From Podarcis gaigeae (taxonomy: Eukaryota), in the NCBI GenBank assembly GCA_964106915.2, contig OZ066914.1: DNA of 64,000 nt. One strand, given 5' to 3'. Both the position numbers and the translations under genes were made by a program. Below the pieces are notes generated by a model that was not told the origin of the DNA, did no database searches, and was given only the letters and a program-made list of their open reading frames with translations. Of the stretch, positions 51,333 to 63,756 are shown in pieces. Position 1 is the first letter of the stretch, and every line of letters begins with the position of its first letter.

Positions 51333-54290
51333 TTAGAATTTTTTAACACAGGTTTTGCTTATGATGTTGCCATTCTGCTGTGTTTCTGTTTGGAAAATGC
51401 CTTGGGGGTGAGTGTCGAGAGATTGTCATGCCATTCAAATAGCCTGTGGGGTTGAACTGCATCCAGTCTGCAAACCTTCCTCCAACTGGTGGAATTTCTC
51501 CTCTGTTAAGCTCTCCTAATTAACTCTTGTGCTTAAAAGCACAAGAGAGCATTGGCAGCATTTAAAAATCTTTGTCGTTATAGCACCTAGATTATAGGGA
51601 GAACGTGGAGACAAAGGATTTTAGCGTTGAGATCTGGCTCTGCTTAGCACAGCTTGTCTGTCTTCTGAAGCAAATTGTCGCAGTAATTTCATGCTATTAA
51701 AATGCTGGTGCTGGACATGAGATGAGCGAGTCTGAAATAGCCACCTTTGCATAGACAAGTGCAAACGGCCAATATTTCATACCCTTTCACTTCCATGGCA
51801 GCACTCATGTTGGCGTAAGTCATGGCAGTCAACCCGGGTCCATGTTAGAAAGTCTCTCCTCTGTCAGACAGCCAGTGATGGTGCTGCCATGCTTTTACTA
51901 TTCTGTGTTGAAGAACTATGCATCCTAATGCACTTTATTTACATAATCACCTGAATTTTGTTCCTGCCACTCATGGTTTGTGGTGGTTTCTTTACTTCTA
52001 GCCTCCAGTCTTGTCCCTCAAGGACTCCTCAGTGACACTCAGTTATGTTCACGGTCCAGCAGCTGATTTTTTATCACTATACATATCAGTGAAGAGTAAG
52101 GACAATTCGTGTCAAATAGCCTTAGCTTTACGTTTGAAAAAGATCAGGCCTTACCATTTGACTTTTGATACTCCGTAGTGAAGTTGGCAGCTTTCTAAGT
52201 ACCTGGTGTTATTAGCAAGTAAAGCCAGAAGGCAGCCAATCAGGAAAATTGCTCAGAGGAAATAACACTTTTTATAGCAATACACAGAGCAAAATATTGT
52301 TGGAGGCATGTTTGAGAGGCCTTTTCATCTTGTGACCTACCAAGACAAATGTAGCCCACCAGATCCCTGATAATCCTCCTGGTTTTGCCTGCCTTTGAGT
52401 GCAGCAAACAAGCAACCGTGTGTGTTGGGTGGTTTGCATTTGGCTTGATGGGTCACGCAATTTGCAAACCTACATTTAGATATTCTGAGTGTAACGGGTG
52501 AAAAATAGACAAGTCCTCGTATTTCAGGCCAGAAGCTGGATTTCCAGCAGCAAGGAACAGGAGGAAGCCAATTACCCTCTTCTGGTTGATAAATTGGTGT
52601 TGGCTGTTGACAGAGGCAGGCGAATGGGATTTCTGATTTCAGCTGTTCCCATGTTCATGTGGCCCTTCCTTCCCCTCACCAAACACACTTGCCATCCTTG
52701 TATTCTTTTCCCTTAAAGCCATAGGTTCGTTCAGAATGGCCACACATGCATGAATTTGGGCAATGGCCATCATGCCCTCTTAGCCTATGATGTAAAGTGC
52801 AGGGAGTGCAGAACTATTCGCTTTATCTTAAACATGGAACAGGTGCCAAAAATAGTGATCTTGTGTTGAATTCTTTGCTTCCTTTGTGTTCTGCAAACCC
52901 TGCAGTGTCGTCAGGTCATGAAAAGTTGTACCACACAGTGCAGAGAGGGAAGACGAGAGCTCAGTGCAAGGCAGTTGTAAGGGGAAGGGGAAGAGAGTCA
53001 TGTGTTGATCTGCCCTGAGGAAGGGGCATTTGTCTGCTACCTTCCACTTTTAAGCAATTTAAAAACTGTGCCTCAGCAAAGTAGTATTAATAACATGCTA
53101 CCTTTATGCCCCCACAATGGGGCTCACAGTTAACCCCTGGTACTTTCTGAAGGGAAAACAATTTATTATACTAAGGTCTCCCATGTGTTGAAACCTTGCT
53201 TTGGATTTAGCCATGGGTTTTTTATTACTTTACATTTGGCCTCTCATGACTAGTGACATCTGTAGTACAACTTTGCTTAGCCTGCAGCACTGGAGTGATC
53301 ATCTAGTTTAAAGTGAAGAGCAGCAAGGTACTCTTGTGAATCTTTAATTGTGTCATTCTTCTGATTTTGTGTGTACTTCTCTCCTTGCCCCTTCTCCCCC
53401 GCCTCGCTGGCGTCTCCTGTCCTGGAAATGCCACCAGCTAAGTTTAAGAGCGATTTGGCTTCTGGAAATATAGCAGAAGGAGAAAATAAAGTTTGGGCAT
53501 GTTTTGTCTGGCTGTGCAGAAAGATCCTTGCTTGGGTAGCAGATGTGTCAGATTTCCTTTTGCCTTGAGAAAACGTAGGGGAACCACAGTATCTTTGTTC
53601 ATCAGGGTAACAAGTTTGTCACCCTGATTTTCTTAGAATTCAGAAACATAATTAGTACTATGAGAGGACAATGTTCTGCACCTGAAGGCTGGATCCTGGC
53701 TGGTTGCTTGCATGCAGATGACATTGCCTATTTACATCCTACTCCTAAACATTCTGCAGGAGTTGCCTGCTGCTGCCTTGGCTCATTTGTGGTACGCTGT
53801 GTGAATGTCAGGGTGTATGCTCATGGGCTGGTGCAGCAAAGTCCAGAGAGTACCCATCCATATTTGAGGATGCAGCTGGGAGTTTTTATTTGCAATTGAA
53901 AATGGAAATAATGGATTGTGTGGTCAGACTCCATTAGTTGTTGTAAGGTGGAACCTATTTGAACTTGTGACTTTTCTGGTGCTAAAGAAGTCTTGTACCA
54001 GATTTAATCTTTTTTTTTTTTTTTAACTGAAGAGACATTGTCACAAGAATAACTACAGCTTCCTAGTTGTTGGGAAATTGCAGCAAGCATAGCCCATGCA
54101 TTTGTGATTGGAAAATACAAATTAGAAGATGATAGGCAGTACTTGTGCAAAAACATTTCTCTCATTGGGCCCATCAATTCTGTGTACTTTCAACCCCCCC
54201 AGCCCCAGCACTGTAACATTGCTATTTTAGTTTGGTGCCCTTGGTCAATCCAGCAATGCAGTGTACATCTAACAGCGTCCCCATTCAAAC

Positions 54291-54462
54291 AGCACCTTAA
54301 AGACCAACTAAGTTAGTTCTTGGTATGAGCTTTCGTGTGCATGCACACTTCTTCAGATACACGAAAGCTCATACCAACAACTAACTTAGTTGGTCTTTAA
54401 GGTGCTACTGGAAGGAATTTTTTTTGACTATGGCAGACCAACACGGCTACCTATCTGTAACT
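54291..54462 (+). mobile_element. Penelope-like element remnant with inverted arms, inside the probable PHF21A 3' UTR
   Basis: 48-bp arms at 54291-54338 and 54359-54406 (1 mismatch); CAGACCAACACGGCTACC tail. Confidence 0.85.
54323..54360 (-). ncRNA. Minimal type I hammerhead ribozyme motif (Penelope-associated)
   Basis: - strand reads GUAU-CUGAAGA-A-GUGUGC-AU-GCACAC-GAAA-GCUC-AUAC: stem I GUAU/AUAC, stem II GUGUGC/GCACAC, palindromic AGCU in place of stem III. Confidence 0.7.
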
Positions 54463-56141
54463 GGACCCATTCAAACAGGTTTGCAAATGCAGCTATTTCC
54501 TGTGTCCCACACACTTCTAAGTATAAGGGGGGAAGTCCCACAGTTGTATCTGGGTCCAGGGTAAGCAGAAATGCCTCGCCCTCCCCCCAATAAAGTTTAG
54601 GAGGCTTTTTTTAAAACTTGTTTTCTAATATGTATGCAGGTTACAACAATGCTCAATTATGTGCTAAATCCCGGTTTAACCCTCTGCAAATGACATTGCA
54701 GGTAAAAAAACCAGAAAGGCCTAAACTCAGTGACAATTACAGCATCTAATTTCCTTCCCATCAGCTGAGGATGATAAGAAGCCTCTTTGTTATGGGGTCT
54801 ATAATTTTGCCCAGGTGCTGAGTGTTTCTTTACGTGACCAAGAATGGACAACAGCAAACATTCCCAGGTGAAGCTGTCATTATCTGCATCAGTGTTGGCA
54901 GCTTTTAGAAATGGCTCTGCACAGCACCTCCATTTTTATTGTGGTTGGAATAAATAGTTATTGACCCTGACATTTATCATCCCCCTTCCCCTAGCACATG
55001 CTCCGCTTGAGTTTAGCCAGGGCTCCCTTTGCAGCTCAGTTACGTGAGCCTAGAGGGTGAGTGTTGAATCCACCATCCACTCCCCCAGCAATAAGTGCTG
55101 TACCTGCATCCCAATCTGCTGGGGAGTCTGCTCACTCCACGGTGCCACACCTATACATCCCCACAGTGAAGGAAGGTGCATTGTTGAGGGAACGTGCTTT
55201 TTCAAGGATTGGGCTAAGCTGGTCCTTCACTCTTCACTCTTCCTATGGGATTGAACAGCAGGGGTCTACACACCCTTGCTGGTTGCATTGGAGTCTTTCA
55301 GTAGTAAACCAATTGAAAAGTCCTATTAGTGCCAATTTACATTAAGAACAACAGGCCTGTGAGAAGTGAACCAAGACTAAGAACGGGCATTATCAATAAA
55401 GTTTTATCTTGAAATTGTATGTCAGTTTGGTCATATCTGAACTAGCAAATACTGAATAGTCCTTAGCTTTTCTACTCTGTCAAGTCCAAGTGGTTTGTTG
55501 GATGTTACACTCACCTGTGGCTTATGTTGTAGTTTCATTCCATTCTTCGGTAGTAGAGGAAACGGCAGTGGGCTGCTTACTAGCCAACTATCCCATCTGT
55601 GTCTCAAGACCATTGTTGAAGCCAGAATATTTCTAGTAACTGGAATAAGGACTCTTTGAAATAAGTGGTCTGTGAAAGAGGCCATGACCCTAAAAGGAAA
55701 TTCACAGCCTTTGTTTTTAAGGCAGTGGGTTTCTAAACCCTCCTCCCCCATGTACACTGATGTATTGATTCATACATAGCCAGCATCCTCCCATCTCTTC
55801 TTCTCCTGATGTTTGTGCCAGATAAACTCAACCTCACTCGTACTGCCTCTGCATCCATCCTGAGTTCCCATACCGTTAAGTGAACTGGGCACAATATTGC
55901 TTTCACAGATCAACACCCTGTGAATGTTATATGGATGCATGACTTCTGTTGGTTAGGTGGGTTTCTTTTTTGTTAAGTTTTTCTTTTTCTTTTTTTTAAG
56001 AAATTGAATAGCCTGGTGCTCATAGTGATTTGCAGTCTCTTTGCTGCCTTCTTTTCTGTAGCCTTCCAGTCCCTTGTGGGTTTGGTACAATTGTGTCTAG
56101 ATTTTAGTCTATTAAGGTGGGAAGAAAAAGAAGGGGTCCAG

Positions 56142-56185
56142 AATAAACGATCAATTTGTATTTATTTAACATTTTACTAAATAAA
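56142..56185 (+). terminator. Candidate distal poly(A) signals of PHF21A
   Basis: AATAAA at 56142-47 and 56180-85, TGTA between them, downstream TTGTCTCTAGTTGTTT. Confidence 0.5.
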
Positions 56186-57409
56186 ACTATGAAATCTATT
56201 GTCTCTAGTTGTTTATCATGCAGCTGTGTTCATGTGTGCTGACCCCCCCTTTGCTTTGTCCACACTGAAGCTGCAAACAAAGAGAAATGCAGCTTCTCCC
56301 ATCAAAGCTGAAGGTTTAACTGCAAACAGGTATGTTGTGCCACACCCTAGAGGTGCAGACACTGCAGGCAGATCAATATTGGCACTTCCAGGATTTGGAA
56401 AGGCGGCTGCTTGCCAATCATGGCAGGGGTACTGCCAGGGAGCTAAGAATACATAATTGAATGAAACTAAGGCTAGCCCGAGGCCTAATTCTGTCTTGTA
56501 TTTCTAGTGTATGCCCCATATAAATAGAAAACACTCAGAGCTGCGTTTCAGCTCCCCTCTCCCATCCTTTCAATTCTCCTCACTTGGCCTTTTCCCCTGG
56601 GGCCCCATTGCAACAGTTTTCTTCACCATCGCATGCTTATAGTATAGGCAAGAGTCTTTTGTCCATTTAGTGCTCTGCTATCCTATATTGAGCTCTTTCT
56701 CCCATTTTCAAACTCCTCCAATGCAATGTGGTCTTTTCCCAGCTGTACTGACCTTATGCTTCCCTCCAGTCCTCCTCATTCTACACTTTGAGGCTGTTCT
56801 TCTGAGCAGTTAAAGGTTTGCAATATCTACGATATCACAGCTGATTAGCCACAAAAGCAGGTAGGGGACCTTTACAGCACGCCTGCAAAGCTGAACCTCT
56901 CCTATACTTATTATTTCTTGGCCTGTAGAAAAATAAAATATAAAGTTTTATCATGGTAAAGAGTCTGGGCTTCAGTTTCCCTTCTTTACAGAATTTAAAG
57001 CTCCCTGGACCTGCAAGGAGAGTTGGCAATGACCTGAACTTGGCAAAGTCTACTGCAGTCACTGACAGCTTGGTCCTATAAGGGCTGTAGAGTAAGTCAA
57101 CTGGGCTACAACTTCTGGGAATAGCTTCCTGTATGGATTGTGCCAAGTGGGTGGTAACTAAGTTTTACTCAGAAAGTAGACCTGTTGAAAATGATGACTA
57201 ATTAACTTGTCGAAGGCTCCCTAACTTCAGTGGATCTACTTTGAGTAAAAGAAAGTTGGATACCATGCAGAATACTTTCCTGTCCCTGGCAGATTTGTGG
57301 GTTGTAACCAAGAGTTCTCTGAAGGAATTGTTTCTCTAGTTTGTTCTCTCCCCTGTTCCTCATTTTCATGACTAGTAGAAATGAGGAAAGCATTAATACT
57401 ATGTGGACA

Positions 57410-57465
57410 TAAAAACCAAACAACTCTCACAGCAGCTTGAAAAGGATTTTCCTCAAAACTTTAAT
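57410..57465 (-). terminator. Candidate LARGE2 poly(A) signal
   Basis: ATTAAA on the - strand at 57460-65 followed by a GU-rich element (GTGAGAGTTGTTTGGTTTTT) at about 57411-57430. Confidence 0.4.
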
Positions 57466-59802
57466 GTTTTTTAAAAAGGAATACTTGTGCCCATGCTGTA
57501 CAGTGCTCAGTGTGGGACAGTTTCAGCATTTACATCAGCCTGTCTAGAGGGATGGAAAACTAATCCCAGCACTTTGGAAGCTCTTGAATTCCAGGAAATC
57601 AAAGAAAAAAAGAGTCCAGCAGCAGAAGACCCTAGACAAACTCCAGAACCAAAGAGAGAAACTACCAGAAAATCTATGACACCCAAATCATTTACAGCTT
57701 GTGAGAAATCACCTTAAATTATATAAACAGCAAGGAAAGAGTTCTCCCGTTACATCTCCATCCTTGTGCTCCAGTGTTTGATAATTGTGGACCATGGCTG
57801 GGCTGAAGCTGCTCCCAGCACAGACATTCAGCTGCAGCATTCATTAACAGACCCCTACGTCAGTTGCAGATGTGTTCCTTTTTTCAAGAAGTGGAATTAG
57901 TCCCTTCGAGCATCAGGTTCACCAAGCAGCTATCAGGACGGCAGCCTGCATGCAATGACTTGCCTACTTCCATGGTTGCACAGACTTAATCTGTAATCAG
58001 CTGTGACACTTAACTGCATCTAGACTGAAGACAATCCGATTCCATTATGGACTCCTGCACAAGGCCCAATTGTGCAGTCCTTGGTCCTGATCATACAAAC
58101 ACAGTTTGAGCTAATATTTACTCAGGAAAGCAGCTGATCAAGGCCATATTCCAGCAGATATAGGAAGGGCAAGACTTGCGTTCCTCCATGGGAGGGGGAA
58201 AGTATGTTTGGCAATGATGCGCAACATCAAGCTAAACAAGATTTACTGAGTAGTAGTCATGATAAGAGGTTCTATTTAGCTTTGGTGAGATGAACTACAC
58301 CCACATTTTAGATGTGGGGGTGGGGGGCAAATAGGCAAGCAGGGTTTGGGCTTTTTCCAAAATGCCCTGCTTACACATTTTCAAGGATCCTCGCCTGACC
58401 CTGTTGGAAAGAAGTTCGTTTGGACTAAAGGGATCTTGGTTTCAGCCATGTACTCACAGCAAAGCATGTGCGCTATATAGCCCCCGGAACAAGGACCTGG
58501 TTTTTCTTACACTAGGCTTCTTTCTAGATAGTAACGTTATCCATGAAGTAAGCACAAGGCAGGTTGGAGAGAAGGTTCCTTACCAACACCCCTGACAGCC
58601 ACATTTCTTGGTGGTGGTCAATAGCACCAAAGGCAGAATGTGGTTGAAGCAACAGTTGTGACTCTTCTTCCTTGTGTAGTTGTGTGTGTGTAGGGTAACC
58701 CTGTGCTAAAATATTTTCTATTCCAGTGCAGGGCTTCTCTACACACACATCATGAAAAGGAAAGGAGAGGCCGCACCCATAGAGATAAGCAGGGTCACAT
58801 GCAGCCCCTAGACCTCAGGTTCCCCACTTTAAACTCTTTCAGAATAGGTCCCACATCATCCTTTTCCCATCAGTAAAGCCCTGATCCATGACCAACAGGA
58901 AGGCTATGCAGATTTGTAAAAGGCAGGGTACAGGCAACTCCTGTTTTGCATGGGTTCAAAGAATGTGCAACTGTGCACACATACACTGGTTGTGGACCTG
59001 CAAGATGGTGTGACAGGGCGGGGTGGGCTTATGCATGCTCCACCGACATGCACAGTACCTTGAAACACAACCCATGCACAAATTGGGTTGCCTGTATATG
59101 CATACAGTCCCTCTTGCCACATGTATAGGAATAGCTCACATAAGATTTTCTAGATGCTCACTTTATATGATTTAGTCATAATTGACTAATTGGTTTTGGC
59201 TTGGAGGGGACAAATGAAAGAGCTGGAAATAGGATGGGGCTACTACACTGATAGAGGGACACAACACATTAGTAGAAGTCTCAATTTCCACAACCAGTCT
59301 ACCTTTCTACCACAGGAAACGGGTGACTGTAGCTGTATTAAGGCATCAGGCTCATGGGGTGGGAAAGGCCCACCTTCAAAACAGCAAGAGAGGAAGTTGC
59401 CTTAGAGTCAGGCCACTGGTCTGTCCTCATTACCGTCTACACCAACAGGAAGTGGCTCTCCAGGATGTCAGCTCAGGAGCACACCTTCCCTCCTCTTCAT
59501 TCCCATGCTTCCCCCCTCAATTTGGAAACAGATGTACACAAATGTAGGTAACTTGCCTGATTTAGATTGGGAGCATTGTTTTGATTGGCTCCATAGCCAT
59601 GAATGATATGCCACCTGCCCCAACCCAACTGGCTACAATTGTACCCACAACTTAGACAAAGTGTGTAGCACCCGGCTACCATTGGGAGGGTGGCTCTGCC
59701 GTAGGTCTGAACTGCTCCAGGACACGAGTGTGGTCCGCTGTCCCTCCTCTGCAGGGCATGAGTTGCCTTGCACGGACTGTCCTTTGGTGTGCGTCTTGCC
59801 GT

Positions 59803-60000
59803 TCACAGGCTTCTCTCGGCGGTGAGGTATTTGAGTGCAGCGGCGCCGTACTTGCGCGACAGGTCCTGGTGGAACTCCTCCCGCAGGGTCTCCAGGCAGT
59901 CACGGTAAGTGGAGCTCAGGCGGAACTTGGAGATGTCAAAACTGGGTGCGTGAGGCATATGGATCATGAAGGCATTGGGCAAGACCAGCAGCTCATTCTC
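59803..60000 (-). CDS. LARGE2: LARGE2 last coding exon ([36 protein letters not shown]...[13 protein letters not shown])
   Basis: TAG acceptor (AG at 60001-02), TGA at 59803-05; 198 nt; LARGE-family C-terminus; tiny introns and position next to PHF21A indicate LARGE2 rather than LARGE1. Confidence 0.95.
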   Translation of the reverse strand, partial: ENELLVLPNAFMIHMPHAPSFDISKFRLSSTYRDCLETLREEFHQDLSRKYGAAALKYLTAERSL

Positions 60001-60122
60001 CTACAAAAAGGCATGAAGTTGCTGGAAAGGCCGGCTCCCTCGGAAGCCACACACCCCAGCCCTGGATTTCAGGGAACGCATAAAGAGGCAACCTTGTGGG
60101 AGACATTAAGCATCACACTCAC

Positions 60123-60318
60123 CTGGGCGTCAAGCTCCATGATGTGAGAAACCTTGTTCCAGCCAAAGCCGACAAATCTCTGGTCATACAGGGGGCAGTC
60201 GCGCCTCACTACAACGTAAGGCTCAAAGTGCAGCTGCCACTCCACGCGATAGGGCACCGTGGCTGTCCGCCACTTGGCATAGTCCGTAGGGGCATGGCCC
60301 TGAGGCCACACATGGTAC
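60123..60318 (-). CDS. LARGE2: LARGE2 exon ([16 protein letters not shown]...[35 protein letters not shown]), glucuronyltransferase (GT49) domain
   Basis: CAG acceptor, GTGAG donor; 196 nt, phase 2/0. Confidence 0.96.
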
Positions 60319-60454
60319 CTGCACACAGATACACAAGGGAGCTGAGAAAAGTCTGCACTTCGGACTCCTTGTCGCCTAGTATGACACTCCGACCACTGCA
60401 CCACACTGCCTGGGGTAGCCAGCCTCTTAGAGCCATTCTGAACCTCTTTAGTCA

Positions 60455-60580
60455 GCAGGGCAGGATTGGGCTTGGATGAGGGAGATCGGGCTTCATGTCT
60501 TAGCTTTGCCACAGACCCACAGCATGGCCAGGGCAAAGTCACTTTGTCTCAACTCCCCATCTGTAAAATGGCAATGATGC
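60455..60580 (+). mobile_element. Old MIR/CORE-SINE fragment in a LARGE2 intron
   Basis: GGGCAAAGTCACTT...CCCCATCTGTAAAATGG CORE signature. Confidence 0.6.
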
Positions 60581-61026
60581 AAATATGCCCCTGTGAGTAC
60601 ACAGCTGTGCCCTAACAGGTGGCTGGGAACTGGATGAGCCCAGGACTAAGAAAAAGGGCATGAGGAAAAGCAGAAGAATCATAGGATCCAACAAAGAGGT
60701 GGGGGGGATGGAAATGAGGAAAGGGATTATTTATTTAAAATATCTATACCATGCTCAGCACGGGGCTCCAAAGCAGGGAGAGGGGACAACATGGAATGAA
60801 AATAAAGAGGGGGCAAATTGTGCCCCTACATCCCAACAGAAGAATGAATGCACATATGCCAGTTACAAATGGCCAGTCAAATCTTAGGCTGCAAGCCACC
60901 ACTAAGAAGGGTTAAGTGCTGGGGCTGGTCAGGCCTGTTATCTGGTTTCAGAGGGCAGTCCAGCAATTGGTTGAGCCAACATTTCAGCTGCTAGCGAGGG
61001 GTTTTTTTTTTTGTCCCAACACTTAC

Positions 61027-61173
61027 CTGAAGGTATAGAGGGAGCCCATGTCCAGCATGGAGAGCAGCTCCGCTTTGGATTTGGGGAAGGTGAGGCGGTA
61101 ATGCAGAGTCTCAAATGCAGGCACAATGAGGGCTGCCTTCCTTTGGGGCAGCTCAAGCTGCAAAATGGAGGTC
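61027..61173 (-). CDS. LARGE2: LARGE2 exon ([49 protein letters not shown])
   Basis: CAG acceptor, GTAAG donor; 147 nt, phase 2/2. Confidence 0.96.
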
Positions 61174-61364
61174 CTGAGGCACAAAGGGGAGGGGGAAATG
61201 CTGTTGGTCTGTTGCTAAATGGAGGAGTCCAAGCATCCTGTATCCCTTCCCCATGAAAAATGTTCAGTGCTGGCATGGGACCGACACATACTGGTGGAGC
61301 CATCCTCTCCCAGTATGGAAGTGTCTACCGCTTTACACAGGCTGGGAAAGGGCAAATCACACAC

Positions 61365-61643
61365 CTGAGATAATCATAGAGGCCATACATAGGCAGGAAG
61401 TCAATGTCTGTCAGGAAAACGTAAGATGTCTGTGCATTCTTCAGTGCTACGTTGCGCAAGAAGTTGACCGGGTAAAACTGCCCTTCCTTGTACACAATGT
61501 GATAGGCAACGTTCCTGCGGTTACTCAGCACTTCCGAGGCCTGGGCATAGCGCAGGAATTGCTGGGCCTCTGCATCTGACATATACAACGCCAGACTAAT
61601 GGGGCCTGTCCAGTGTTTGCATATGGCCTCCAGCATCTGTAAC
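61365..61643 (-). CDS. LARGE2: LARGE2 exon with DXD motif ([20 protein letters not shown]...[19 protein letters not shown])
   Basis: CAG acceptor, GTGTG donor; 279 nt; DID motif of the GT49 domain. Confidence 0.97.
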
Positions 61644-62445
61644 CTGCAAATCAATGGGACAAGTCAAGAGTGCAAGACACCCTCAGTTGGCAACAACAAA
61701 AAGCCACAAGGCTGAGCCACCCAGGCCTGAAGGAACATGAGAATCTGCATCCAGTCCTACAGTGAGATTTTCCTTCCTGGTTTCTTGTGTGTGCAAACTT
61801 CTGTTGATAATTGTATCGGAGGGGGCTCTCTACACTACGTCCTGGAAGCTGCCACCATTTGCACACGATTCCTTGGCTTCTTAAAATATAACCTTACAAA
61901 CCTTGGCACAACTGATCTGGACAGTATTGGTTTTGTGTTGCCCCTCTTCCTAACTATTGCCCAGCCCTTCGGCCACCATCAGAACCATTCTTTTAATGGC
62001 TGACTTGCACCATTGCATCCATTTTCTGACTCATGCAGCTAGTTATTGTTCCTTTCATAGGTTTTATCTTCTATCCATTCTTCATAATCCTCAAGATTCT
62101 TCCTTCCACCACATAGAAAACTGCCATAGTTCTTCTATTCTAGTATTCAAGAGATACTAGTAATCTTTTGCTAAATATTTCCCAGCAACTCTGGGTGATA
62201 GAAACCCATTCTAAAAAATAAATAAAAGCAGAATTCTCTGGAAAGGGTAGTCACCCTCTCAGCTGGGCAGTGAGAATATTGCCATAGAGATTTCCAGTTT
62301 GATTAAGTCAGCTTGGGCACAGAGGCCTCCTGGACCAATAAATTCATATAAAAGAGCCACAAGCTGGCTGGACGTTTAGCTCCCAAGCAGAAGAATTTAT
62401 GCTGGAAGACACAACATCTCCCCCTCTTCCTTTCCCATCTGGTAC

Positions 62446-62609
62446 CTGTCCATGGAGAGCTGAGCTACAAGAGTGACATCAATTGCATCAGCCAAGATCG
62501 GGAAATCGTACTGCAGGAAGAAGAGATGCACCCGGTGCTGAATAAGGCTCTGCCTCCGAAAATCATAGCAAGGATCGTCTTCATCCAGCTCCTCTAGGGC
62601 CTGCTGGAG
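62446..62609 (-). CDS. LARGE2: LARGE2 exon ([34 protein letters not shown]...[12 protein letters not shown])
   Basis: TAG acceptor, GTACC donor; 164 nt, phase 0/2; missed by the ORF track. Confidence 0.94.
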
Positions 62610-63087
62610 CTAAATTTTACGCAGGGGTGAGAGGACAAGGAGAGAGTGATAAGGCTAAGTTGGCAAGTTGACCGAGAGTGAAGCACAGCCACAAAGCAGC
62701 TTTAAAAGACAGGGTTTCTAGAGCCTGAGATACTACTGGGAGAGGGGGAGGGTCCGGAGTTTTGTACCAAGCAGAACATAACCTCATCAGTCCACTAATC
62801 CTAACTGAAATAATATGAGTGCATTGTTCTGAATGTGGTGAAAACATGCCAGATTTCTTTAGGTTTGCCATTACATTTTATTAGGAATAAAAACTAGAAG
62901 AGAACAATGAAATCGAAGCAAAATATAATGGGTGCAACCAGCTATCTTATTTTTAAAAGACATCTGAAGGGAGCCCTGTTTTTTGAGCTACACACCCCCT
63001 CCATTTAATAGAGCAGCTAAATAAATGGGAAGTCTGGAGGGATTTTCCATTTCAGGCATGAGGAGAAGGGAGAAGGATAGAAAATTA

Positions 63088-63330
<243 letters not shown>

Positions 63331-63429
63331 CTAACATTGTCCTAGAATGGCGATGCCTGGAAGGCTCAGCCAAGGGTCACCGTTGCAAAAGCAATTCAGG
63401 GAAGACACAGCCAGGGAGGAAATACCCAC

Positions 63430-63555
63430 CTTAAGATCAGACACCTCTGTGTAGCACTGCTCTGCGCGGGTGTGATCAGAGAGCTGCACGTTCCAGAAGC
63501 AAGGGAGTTGGTATACCAGCGTTGGGCTCTGTTTGATCACTGCATTAAAAATGTC
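63430..63555 (-). CDS. LARGE2: LARGE2 exon ([42 protein letters not shown])
   Basis: TAG acceptor, GTGGGT donor; 126 nt. Confidence 0.96.
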
Positions 63556-63756
63556 CTAAAAGAGAGATTGCAGTTTGCACACTGGGCACTCTGGAAGAGG
63601 AGAAAGGCCCAGAGTAAAATCAAGTGTGAAGCCAAACGAGGAAGAAATAAATAGGTCTTTATCCCACTACAACCCACAATGTCTGCAGGAGACAAAAGGT
63701 GTGTCCGGGGGCCCAGGCTGGAGGACAGCGGGGCATGCAGAGCTCAGAGCACTTGC

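Larger units (their letters stand above)
49984..56205 (+). other. PHF21A: Probable long PHF21A 3' UTR (about 6.2 kb; end inferred)
   Basis: Follows the stop codon; repeat-poor with U-rich blocks; tandem AATAAA at 56142 and 56180 followed by GU-rich sequence; more proximal AATAAA hexamers also exist. Confidence 0.5.

Noticed and set aside
49831-51455. Long ORFs containing X runs
   Set aside because: They stay open only because of the N gaps
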